This document shows positions 17,590-24,427 of a stretch of DNA of 32,333 bases, piece after piece. Position 1 is the first letter of the stretch. Each line of letters begins with the position of its first letter. Both the position numbers and the translations under genes were made by a program. The notes under the pieces are model-generated. The model ran no database searches. It was not told the origin of the DNA and saw only the letters and a list, made by a program, of their open reading frames with translations. This DNA comes from a virus: the IMG/VR virus record IMGVR_UViG_3300001688_000031. One strand, written 5' to 3'.

Positions 17590-18076
17590 TTCGTGATCCC
17601 TCCGTTTTCTTTGCGTATCCCAGCGCCTTTAATCCGCCGCCGCAATATTTGCAAGTGTTGCCGTCTGCGTGTGTCGCCGGAAAGACGTTGAATTTTCCGC
17701 ACACAAAGCATTGAAAGGCGATCTTGTCGGTTTTCTCTGCCGTGTATTCGTATTTGTCCGTTTCTTCCTGCGCCCTCTCCCAATCCGCGAATAGAAATAC
17801 GCGTTTTCCTGCCGCTGTCGCTTTTCCGTATTCGTAGATCGCGCCGTTGCTGTCGATCCAATCCGGAAGAAAACAAGCGGCTTCGCATTCGTCAAGCATT
17901 GCGGACGACATACGGATATATGCTTCATACGTGAAGCCCTCCGAAGGCAAAAGCGCCGGATTTAGCACAATGAAGCCGCCTTCCTCCAGCTTCTTTTGTG
18001 CTTCATAGAATTTTGAGCGATAGAACGGATCACCCGTGATTTTGCCCGCAAGATATACGGTCGTTTTTTTCTGCAT
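17576..18076 (-). CDS. DUF4406 / nucleoside 2-deoxyribosyltransferase-like protein with a C-terminal zinc ribbon.
   Basis: VYLAGKITGDP...FIVLNP N-terminus. CFVCGK...CKYCGG at the C-terminus. Confidence 0.55.
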   Translation of the reverse strand: MQKKTTVYLAGKITGDPFYRSKFYEAQKKLEEGGFIVLNPALLPSEGFTYEAYIRMSSAMLDECEAACFLPDWIDSNGAIYEYGKATAAGKRVFLFADWERAQEETDKYEYTAEKTDKIAFQCFVCGKFNVFPATHADGNTCKYCGGGLKALGYAKKTEGSRNAGE

Positions 18077-18090
18077 TTGTCTTTTACCTC

Positions 18091-18786
18091 CTATCCGTCA
18101 AAAAGTGTTGTTTGTGCCTTGCGCTGTTCTTCCTCCAGCAAGTCAAAAAGGCGTAATTGCGCTTGTTCCTCTTCAAGTCGTCTTTGCGCCGCCGCGAAAT
18201 AATCTTCGTCGATCTCGAAGCCGACGTAATCCAGCCCGCCTTGACGATAACAGGCGATCAAGGAACTTGCGCTTCCTGCGTGCGTGTCAAGAATTCGCAT
18301 TCCTTTTCGGGCAAATAGGGAAAGAACCCACGAATACAGCTTCACGGGCTTTTGCGTCGGGTGGATCGTGCCTTCGATCTGCAATTCAACGCGGTTCAGC
18401 GTGAAAATACGTGTCGGCGTGTCAAAGCTGGTATATGCTAATTCGCAATCGGACATAGTAAGCCCGCGTTGTCCCTTGTCCCATATCAACCAGCCCTTGT
18501 GTCCCTGTTGCAGATGCGGAACGAAATAGTTTCCGCCCCATATCACTTGATTTTTTGATACGCGTTCCAATTCGCGGAAGTATTCGGGCGGCGGAATAGC
18601 CTTGTCCCAGCTTTTCCGGATATGCTCTTTCCGGTTATGCTTCGGATTATCGCAAACGCGCTTCTTCTGCCCGTCAATGCCAATACCATAAGGCGGATCA
18701 ACGATCGCAAGATCGAAGAACCCGTCCGGAAACTCTGCCATTCCCTGCATACAATCCATGTTATACAGCTTGTTCAATTCAAGCAA
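18091..18786 (-). CDS. DNA methyltransferase (N6_N4_Mtase family, DPPY motif), TTG start.
   Basis: FDLAIVDPPYGIG, HPTQKPVKL and a C-terminal ILDTHAGSASS AdoMet motif. Confidence 0.85.
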   Translation of the reverse strand: MLELNKLYNMDCMQGMAEFPDGFFDLAIVDPPYGIGIDGQKKRVCDNPKHNRKEHIRKSWDKAIPPPEYFRELERVSKNQVIWGGNYFVPHLQQGHKGWLIWDKGQRGLTMSDCELAYTSFDTPTRIFTLNRVELQIEGTIHPTQKPVKLYSWVLSLFARKGMRILDTHAGSASSLIACYRQGGLDYVGFEIDEDYFAAAQRRLEEEQAQLRLFDLLEEEQRKAQTTLFDG

Positions 18787-19168
18787 TCGCGATCACCTTC
18801 TTTCTTTCTCCCCCCTCCGCCCCCCGCTGGGGGGACAGGCTCAAAGGAATAATTTATGCACATTTCCCCGCGTATGCTGTGGATAAGTGCGCGCCTTTCT
18901 CTGATCGAACTTGTTTATCCCCGTCGCCGCCCTGTTTCTATCACTCCGCCGTCAATCTATCAATAGGCTTTCGCGGCATATCCTCGCGCCGCGTTGCGCC
19001 GCTCCGGTATTCCACGATCCTATTGACATCTTGCCGCCTTCGTGATCTTTGGAAAACAGGCGACGGGGAATAAAACAATTCGATCTTGAAGGCTATCTTC
19101 TGAAACGAAGCGGGCTTCGTTCCCAAACGTTACACATTTACAAGGCTTTGAAATGCTGATCCCCGAAA
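18787..19168. other. 382-bp non-coding structured region: candidate replication origin or regulatory RNA locus.
   Basis: No credible ORF. Nested inverted repeats 18919-18938/19052-19068, 18960-18967/19019-19026 and 18972-18977/18988-18993. Perfect DnaA-box 9-mer TGTGGATAA at 18868-18876. C6-GCT-G6 hairpin at 18820-18834. Stem aacgaag/cttcgtt at about 19105-19122. Confidence 0.5.
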
Positions 19169-19924
19169 TCAGCTTCTTTCCGCCCGTGTCGTTCGCTTCC
19201 GCGTCCGCTTCGGCGGCTCTAATACATATTTGAAATACAGATACCCGTATTTCGTGCTTTTCGTTTCCACTAATATGTAACCCTTCGGCGCGCGCGGCGG
19301 CTTTGCTTCCGTATATTCGCGCTTGATCTCTTTTGCTTCTTCGCGCTCCGGCTTGCGGGCGTTGCGTGTCTGCTTCCAACGGTGTCCGCCTTGTTCCGGT
19401 GTCCAATGATCGAAAAGGTAATTTGCAAGCCCTGTGTAATCCTGTCCGTGGTCGATACCGTCGTAATAATTGTGTTCGCGTAAATGCTCAATACGCAAAA
19501 CGCTTCCGAATTCCCACTTGCTTTCGATGAACTCTTGCGGCACGCCGTCCGATACCATGTGAATATGAAAACGGTGTGTTGTTTTGCCGCGTCCTACATA
19601 TATAAATATAACTGCGTCCGGATACGCGTATTTCAGACGGCGAACGAATAAGTCGCGAACCCTCTTCACGTCTGCGTATTCGTGGCATTCGTGTTCAACG
19701 TCAAACGTCAACGTACTATATAAAGATCGTGGGCTGAAATTCTCATTGAAAGCCCGCGCGTGTTTTCTTCTTGAAATATTGATCCGGTGTTGCTCTCGCT
19801 CTTCCGGTGTCTTGAACCGCTGGCGCGGCTCTGCTTTGCGTATGTCTTGCAGACGATCGGAAACGTTGAATACTTCTTGTTCGCATACAACGCCCGAAAA
19901 TGTCCTTCTTTTTACTCTCCGCAT
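19169..19924 (-). CDS. HUH-superfamily rolling-circle replication initiator (Rep).
   Basis: Motif I LYSTLTFD, motif II RFHIHMV (HUH), and a Tyr-containing motif DYTGLANYLF. 251 aa with a basic C-terminus. Confidence 0.65.
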   Translation of the reverse strand: MRRVKRRTFSGVVCEQEVFNVSDRLQDIRKAEPRQRFKTPEEREQHRINISRRKHARAFNENFSPRSLYSTLTFDVEHECHEYADVKRVRDLFVRRLKYAYPDAVIFIYVGRGKTTHRFHIHMVSDGVPQEFIESKWEFGSVLRIEHLREHNYYDGIDHGQDYTGLANYLFDHWTPEQGGHRWKQTRNARKPEREEAKEIKREYTEAKPPRAPKGYILVETKSTKYGYLYFKYVLEPPKRTRKRTTRAERS

Positions 19925-19942
19925 AATAGCGCCCGCCCTTCC

Positions 19943-19971
19943 TTGACTTTAAGCCGCTTTTATGCTATAAT
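19943..19971 (+). promoter_or_regulatory. Consensus sigma-70 promoter on the plus strand: TTGACT - 17 nt - TGcTATAAT.
   Basis: -35 at 19943-19948, -10 at 19966-19971, extended TG at 19963-19964. Confidence 0.65.
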
Positions 19972-19977
19972 TTAGCT

Positions 19978-20058
19978 ATGTTGAATAGCTCCTTTGCGGC
20001 AACCGTTAAAGGGGAAAAGAAGCGTCCGGAACGTCACGCCGGACGCTTCTTCTTTTTT
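19978..20058 (+). ncRNA. Candidate ~80-nt cis-antisense small RNA (countertranscript) opposite the Rep mRNA leader.
   Basis: Bounded by the consensus promoter above and by a 13-bp GC-rich hairpin (20017-20029 / 20039-20051) followed by CTTTTTT. No RBS-preceded ORF. Confidence 0.5.
20017..20058. terminator. Strong hairpin terminator. It is clear on the plus strand and plausibly bidirectional.
   Basis: 13-bp stem with a 9-nt loop. T6 run on the plus strand and TCTTTTCCCCTTT on the minus strand. It directly follows the stop of gene 20057..20449. Confidence 0.75.
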
Positions 20059-20449
20059 ACCCGTTGTTCATTCCTTCGCCCTGTACGAAATCTTCGCACC
20101 TTGCTTCTTCACAAGGCTTGAAGCGCATTCCGTCCCCGCAATCAATGCAGGGGAAAGGGCGTATCCCGTCCGGAAGCGCGCCTTCGCGTAGCTTTTCGCA
20201 TTGCTCCAGCTTCGCGCATTGATCGCACCAGCACTTCCGGCAATCTCCGATTTCTGTTTTCTGAATAGGGCGTTTCAAGCCCTCTTCGACTTCCTGCGCG
20301 TCGTTCTCCGCCATCATATCCCGCGCGGCGCGTTCAACTTCGTAATCCTCTACACCTTGAAGCAAGCCGCGAAAGAATGGCGCGAACGCGTAACCGATAC
20401 CCAGCCCCGCGCGCAAAAGCATTTCTTCGTCGATCTTAATATCTGCCAT
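20057..20449 (-). CDS. Cys-rich hypothetical protein (130 aa).
   Basis: Long ORF in the operon frame with start coupled to the upstream small ORF. CRKCWCDQCAKLEQC...CIDCGDG...C motifs. Confidence 0.7.
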   Translation of the reverse strand: MADIKIDEEMLLRAGLGIGYAFAPFFRGLLQGVEDYEVERAARDMMAENDAQEVEEGLKRPIQKTEIGDCRKCWCDQCAKLEQCEKLREGALPDGIRPFPCIDCGDGMRFKPCEEARCEDFVQGEGMNNG

Positions 20450-20579
20450 TGTGATTTCCTCGCCCGATCGTTTTAATGATCCCGTTTACAACGCCGTACA
20501 CGACAAGCACCGAAGCGGCAACGCATACAACGCCGCAAAGCATATAGAAGGCGTTTACCATAAAATCAAACATTGTCAT
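20436..20579 (-). CDS. Small hydrophobic peptide (47 aa, one predicted TM segment).
   Basis: ATGA start/stop overlap with the upstream gene at 20576-20579. MTMFDFMVNAFYMLCGVVCVAASVLVVYGVVNGIIKTIGRGNHNGRY. Its 3' end overlaps the next start. Below the ORF-track size cutoff. Confidence 0.4.
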   Translation of the reverse strand: MTMFDFMVNAFYMLCGVVCVAASVLVVYGVVNGIIKTIGRGNHNGRY

Positions 20580-21223
20580 TCGTCAGCCCTCCCGAATACT
20601 TCTTCCGCGTCAATGTCCCATGCCGCCGCAATATGCTTCATCATATCGACGGCTTTTTCTCTCTGATCCTCGGGCGCGTCCTGCTTGTCGTAGCCGCCGG
20701 AAAGATAAGATTTCAAGATTTCGGATTTCAGATTGCAAAGCGGGCGAACGCCGTCGCTGCCGTTGTACGCGTCGTTGCTGTTCAGCGTGCCATCCGTGTT
20801 GACATTGCGGACGAAAGAATTGATCGGGCTGTCAGCGGTAGCCGTCCACCACCAATCATTCGGAAGCGCGGGGATATGTTCGCGGAAAAGTCGGTATTCC
20901 TCGCAAGTGATAAGCCCGACGCGGACGCGATCGCCGCCGTAGGTTTTCAAACCGTCGTCCGCCGTCAAGTCGATGTTGAAATACTCGAACATTTCTTCCG
21001 GCGCTCCTGCCGCAATCAGACGGCGCAAGAATTCGCCGTTCAGATATGCGCGAATGTCAGACGCGGCAAAATCGTTTCGGTTCTTCGCGTCGAACGCTCT
21101 TTCCTCGACGCATTCGGAAGCAATGCACTTCACCCAATCTTCGCCCGTCTGAATAACCGTGAAGGCGATCCCGCCGATCGTGAATTCTGTTTTCGGCTCG
21201 AAGCCGTGTTTGTTTGCTGTCAT
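20576..21223 (-). CDS. DGR target protein 2 (215 aa): a small WWW...GVRP (C-type-lectin-like / DUF6273-like) protein carrying VR2.
   Basis: GAAGGGAG RBS. Homologous to the N-terminal domain of target 1 (...DWWWTATADSPINSFVRNVNTDGTLNSNDAYNGSDGVRPLCNLKSEIL...). Contains the TR-matching segment. Confidence 0.8.
   Translation of the reverse strand: MTANKHGFEPKTEFTIGGIAFTVIQTGEDWVKCIASECVEERAFDAKNRNDFAASDIRAYLNGEFLRRLIAAGAPEEMFEYFNIDLTADDGLKTYGGDRVRVGLITCEEYRLFREHIPALPNDWWWTATADSPINSFVRNVNTDGTLNSNDAYNGSDGVRPLCNLKSEILKSYLSGGYDKQDAPEDQREKAVDMMKHIAAAWDIDAEEVFGRADE
20738..20815 (-). repeat. DGR variable repeat 2 (VR2), partial-length match to TR.
   Basis: Aligns to TR 1892-1969. Differences at TR plus-strand T 1909, 1911, 1927 and 1932 (all t to c) and at 1968-1969. 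There is one non-A difference (1946 g vs 20792 a), which is synonymous (GAC to GAT). Homology stops at about 20813-20815. Confidence 0.75.
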
Positions 21224-21268
21224 TGTTGAAAGCTCCCTTCTTTAATATGTAGGTCTGCGCCCGCTCGA

Positions 21269-21655
21269 TCAGCCTTCCGGCGATACTCGCGGCGTTACTG
21301 TTACGGAAACGTCAAAGCCCTTTTGAACCTCGCGGGACAATTCACGCGTAAGCGCGTCTTTGATTTTGTCGCTTCCGCTCCAGCCCGAAAAGGAATTGAT
21401 AACTTTTTTGATCTCCGCTTTGACGGTTTCTTCGATCTTTGCGTCGAAAATTTCCTTTATTCTTCCTTCGACGCTTCCGTTCATAGCCGAACGGAAATAG
21501 CTGTCCGCCATTTCGCGGATCATATTTTTAATATCTTCGTGCGTGAAGCCCGCTTCGACGATCTTTTCGCGCAAAACCGCGTTGATTGAAAGCGCGTTAA
21601 TCTCTTCCATAACCGCGCCACGCACCATCGTTCGTATCTCTTTTTCAATATCCAT
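21269..21655 (-). CDS. Hypothetical protein (128 aa from ATG 21655).
   Basis: GGGGG RBS upstream. Helical and charged sequence. Confidence 0.6.
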   Translation of the reverse strand: MDIEKEIRTMVRGAVMEEINALSINAVLREKIVEAGFTHEDIKNMIREMADSYFRSAMNGSVEGRIKEIFDAKIEETVKAEIKKVINSFSGWSGSDKIKDALTRELSREVQKGFDVSVTVTPRVSPEG

Positions 21656-21666
21656 AGCGCGCCCCC

Positions 21667-22095
21667 TTAACACTTCTTGCCGCCGTGTCTGTACGGGCGG
21701 CTTTTGTTGTATTCGTGCTTCATGCTGATAATGCGGTCAATGTCGATACCTTCTTTCCCGCACCAATCAAGAATACGAATAATGCAATCCGCCATTTCTA
21801 CGGCGATACCTTCGGGCTTTTTGCTCCTTGCGGAACAAGGCGCTTCCGGATCGTCCGGATTGTAAATCCTGCTTCCGCAAGAAACGTTTTCGTCCGGTCT
21901 GTCGTCTACGCAAAGCCCGCCAGCGTTGCAAGGGAAGTAAAGGTTCGGTCGCCCGCTCCGGTATTCCTCCAGCGCTTCGGACAACTCCGAATGACAAAGC
22001 GCGACGATCTCCGGAAAGCTCCTTTCTTCGTCCCACCAGCCGTGTTCAACGGCGTTTTCGTGAATTTGCTTCGCGACTTCGTTAATTCCTGTCAT
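21667..22095 (-). CDS. MazG-like nucleotide pyrophosphohydrolase.
   Basis: IHENAVEHGWW...LCHSELSEALEEYR...KPEGIAVEMADCIIRILD...KHEYNKSRPYRHG pattern, with a Cys-containing insert. Confidence 0.65.
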   Translation of the reverse strand: MTGINEVAKQIHENAVEHGWWDEERSFPEIVALCHSELSEALEEYRSGRPNLYFPCNAGGLCVDDRPDENVSCGSRIYNPDDPEAPCSARSKKPEGIAVEMADCIIRILDWCGKEGIDIDRIISMKHEYNKSRPYRHGGKKC

Positions 22096-22115
22096 TGCTG
22101 TTCGTCCTCTCTTTC

Positions 22116-22589
22116 TTATTCCGCCATGAAGTCGGCAATTTTCTTCAAAGCGCGATTGTTCGCTTCCGTCTGTTTCTCAATATCAACGACGGTTTCAAGG
22201 GGGACGGCGCTTCGCGTGTGTCCCTCTGCGTTCGTGCAATCGCACCTTTCGCCGTTGTCAAGATGTGCGCCGCAATGGTCGCATACCGTGTATTTCATTT
22301 CCGATCGCTCCTTTCGTATAACCAGCCGCCATAAGCCGTCGGCGCATAGCGTCAAGCCGTTTTCTTTTAAGTAGGCGCGGCGACGGGCGGCTTCCGCCCT
22401 CTCCCAGCCGCAACCCTCGCATCCTCCGCAATCCTTTTTCCTTGCTTCGGGCGGTAGTGTGCATTCGTTCTCTTTCGGTTTCCAATGCTTTGAATACCCA
22501 CTTTTCACGCATTCGTCATAGTGAATGGCGATAATGCTATTCGCGCAAGCTATATTCCCGCAATTTTCACACGATCTTTTTTCACTCAT
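22116..22589 (-). CDS. Cys-rich hypothetical protein (157 aa).
   Basis: Multiple CxxC pairs (CENCGN, CGGCEGCG, CDHCG...CDC). Operon frame. Confidence 0.65.
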   Translation of the reverse strand: MSEKRSCENCGNIACANSIIAIHYDECVKSGYSKHWKPKENECTLPPEARKKDCGGCEGCGWERAEAARRRAYLKENGLTLCADGLWRLVIRKERSEMKYTVCDHCGAHLDNGERCDCTNAEGHTRSAVPLETVVDIEKQTEANNRALKKIADFMAE

Positions 22590-23037
22590 TCTTCACCCGC
22601 TCCCCGTTATAAATTACAAGCATAGAAGGGAAGGGCGCTGGATCAGCGGCGTTGCCTTCTTCGTCCGTGAAGCGAAGCCGCCCGCGTATGAAGCGGATTT
22701 CCGCTTTTCCGTAAATGTAATCGTGAAAATATGTCGTGTCCGTGCGTGCCGGAATGAGTAAAACAACGGGATACCCCCCCCCCCGCGCTTCCTCGAACGC
22801 CTTTTTTACCCACTTGCCGATCTCGCGTCCGTAAGGCGGATTGCAGAATACAGCGCCGCCGCGATCCCAGCTTTGCGAAAGCCCGTCCGTTTCCGGCGTG
22901 TAGTACAATTCGCATTTTGCCGTCTTGTCGGTCGCCGCCGGATCAAGGACGAAGCCGAATTCCTCGTTCAGCGCGTCGAAGAAGTCTTGCGGCGTACACC
23001 AGCACATATTTTTTGATGATAGAAGCGCATTGTTCAT
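22582..23037 (-). CDS. Phage DNA N6-adenine methyltransferase (Dam-type, NPPY motif).
   Basis: WCTPQDFF...FVLDPAA...VFCNPPYG...LIPARTDT pattern. Confidence 0.85.
   Translation of the reverse strand: MNNALLSSKNMCWCTPQDFFDALNEEFGFVLDPAATDKTAKCELYYTPETDGLSQSWDRGGAVFCNPPYGREIGKWVKKAFEEARGGGYPVVLLIPARTDTTYFHDYIYGKAEIRFIRGRLRFTDEEGNAADPAPFPSMLVIYNGERVKNE
22774..22784 (-). repeat. Homopolymer G11 (C11 on the plus strand) inside the NPPY methyltransferase ORF.
   Basis: Counted directly: ata ccccccc cccc gcg. It encodes the Arg-Gly-Gly-Gly of EEARGGGYP. Confidence 0.95.
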
Positions 23038-23696
23038 TCGCCCGCCACCTCGCTTCCTTCGACAATTTCGCCCGTTTCCGGATCGACGTTCAAAGAATAT
23101 TGTTCCGGTTCGGCGGCGCGTTCCCGCTCCGCTTCCTGTTTGCGAAGATCAAGGGAAATCACGCATTCGCGCGTCAATTCCTGCAATTTATCCACAAACT
23201 GTTGATTGATAACGTCATACGGCATAATCACCGCTTGAAGCAGGAAGCCCGCTTTCGCTACAATGTAAGGCGTGCCGCTCGGCGTGATCCTTTCGTAAAG
23301 CTCCAGCACGTCCATAACGTCAGATACGGGCGAAAGATAGCGACTTTCAATGAACACAAGCCCGCGACGTGTTCGCAAGGGCTTCAAGGTTCTTCCCGAA
23401 TACACGATCGAAATTGCTTCCCGTTCGACGGGCTTTTCTGTCCCGTCTATGTCGTCAAGGTTGATACCCTCCGGAACGCCCGTTGAACGAACGTACCAAT
23501 CTTCGCGCTGTTTCTCCGGCACGTCGAAGATCGCTAAAACGCTTTCTTCGTCAAGCAGGGGAAGCCCGATAGCCGGATACACCGCGCCGCCGTCGCCTAT
23601 GTATTGCAAGGTCACGTCGCCTTCATCGTTGCGCCGCTCGAAAAGAACGACGCTTTTATTCTTCTTGCAGATCGCGGCGATATTTTTAATCTTCAT
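23034..23696 (-). CDS. Hypothetical protein (220 aa from ATG 23696).
   Basis: GAGGTGG RBS. The start overlaps the preceding gene's end. Confidence 0.65.
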   Translation of the reverse strand: MKIKNIAAICKKNKSVVLFERRNDEGDVTLQYIGDGGAVYPAIGLPLLDEESVLAIFDVPEKQREDWYVRSTGVPEGINLDDIDGTEKPVEREAISIVYSGRTLKPLRTRRGLVFIESRYLSPVSDVMDVLELYERITPSGTPYIVAKAGFLLQAVIMPYDVINQQFVDKLQELTRECVISLDLRKQEAERERAAEPEQYSLNVDPETGEIVEGSEVAGE

Positions 23697-23940
23697 TTTC
23701 CGCCACCTCGCTTTCCTCCGGTTCGTCCCTCTCGACGACGGGCGCAAGGTTCACGCGATCGGCGCGGATCGTCAGCATGATTTGACAGCCGCAACGCGGG
23801 CAATCAATCGCATTAAAGCGAAGCGGCGGTTTTGTCAGCGTTTCCATAAAGGCGCGCGGCTCTTCCGCCACATAAACCTTTTCTTTGTCCGGCGCGACGC
23901 GGTATCCGCATACGCCGCATTTCTTTTTCTTCTGAAACAT
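23686..23940 (-). CDS. Zinc-ribbon protein (84 aa).
   Basis: AGGAGC RBS before ATG 23940. CGVCGY...CPRCGC. The long track ORF (to 24057) is an upstream read-through of this frame. Confidence 0.6.
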   Translation of the reverse strand: MFQKKKKCGVCGYRVAPDKEKVYVAEEPRAFMETLTKPPLRFNAIDCPRCGCQIMLTIRADRVNLAPVVERDEPEESEVAENED

Positions 23941-23962
23941 TGTTGAATAGCTCCTTTCGTAG

Positions 23963-24274
23963 TTAATATTTGCCGTATACGCGGATCGACGTTTTCCCGT
24001 CCCGCTCTCCGGCGGATACGATAGCCGAAGGCATATACGAAACGCGCAGGAAGTCACGCGCCGCGCGCTTTGCCAGCCGCCATGTAATCAATTTTGCGTT
24101 CGGTTCTTCCGCTCCGGCACTTTCGATCGGATATTCGCAAATAAGAACCGTATTCCCGAACGGGCGGCGCGCTGGGCGCTCCTTCATAAATTCTTTGTTG
24201 CCCTCTTTGCACTTGATGATTTCAAGCGCCTTCGGGAACTGCCAGCCGCCGTTATTTTTCTTGTCTTTTGCCAT
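23963..24274 (-). CDS. Hypothetical protein (103 aa).
   Basis: AGGAG RBS before ATG 24274. Confidence 0.6.
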   Translation of the reverse strand: MAKDKKNNGGWQFPKALEIIKCKEGNKEFMKERPARRPFGNTVLICEYPIESAGAEEPNAKLITWRLAKRAARDFLRVSYMPSAIVSAGERDGKTSIRVYGKY

Positions 24275-24416
24275 GTGTCCCGCTCCTTTTCTGATTGTCC
24301 TTGAACGTGCATTTCGGGCAAACGTAAGGTTTATCGCGTAAATTCAGATTTGCGCTAACGTTCCAACGTTCGCCGCACGTTGAACATATTTCATATCTTC
24401 GCTTTGGTTTCTCCAT
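24252..24416 (-). CDS. Small zinc-ribbon protein (54 aa).
   Basis: MEKPKRRYEICSTCGERWNVSANLNLRDKPYVCPKCTFKDNQKRSGTHGKRQEK. Fills the gap between flanking genes. Below the ORF-track cutoff. Weak RBS. Confidence 0.4.
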   Translation of the reverse strand: MEKPKRRYEICSTCGERWNVSANLNLRDKPYVCPKCTFKDNQKRSGTHGKRQEK

Positions 24417-24427
24417 GTTCTTTGCTC

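Noticed and set aside
16593-18076. Overlapping alternative-frame minus-strand ORFs (16732..17025, 17213..17530, 17541..17888, 17629..17928).
   Set aside because: They are embedded out of frame within genes that have recognisable domains (sigma-like, VRR-NUC, DUF4406-like), and their translations are strongly Arg-rich.
19978-20191. A small plus-strand ORF (47 aa from ATG 19978, or the 65-aa track ORF 19994..20191) inside the candidate sRNA.
   Set aside because: The ATG coincides with the predicted transcription start and has no RBS. The frames run straight through the strong terminator hairpin and into the antisense of a minus-strand gene. The translation is low-complexity.
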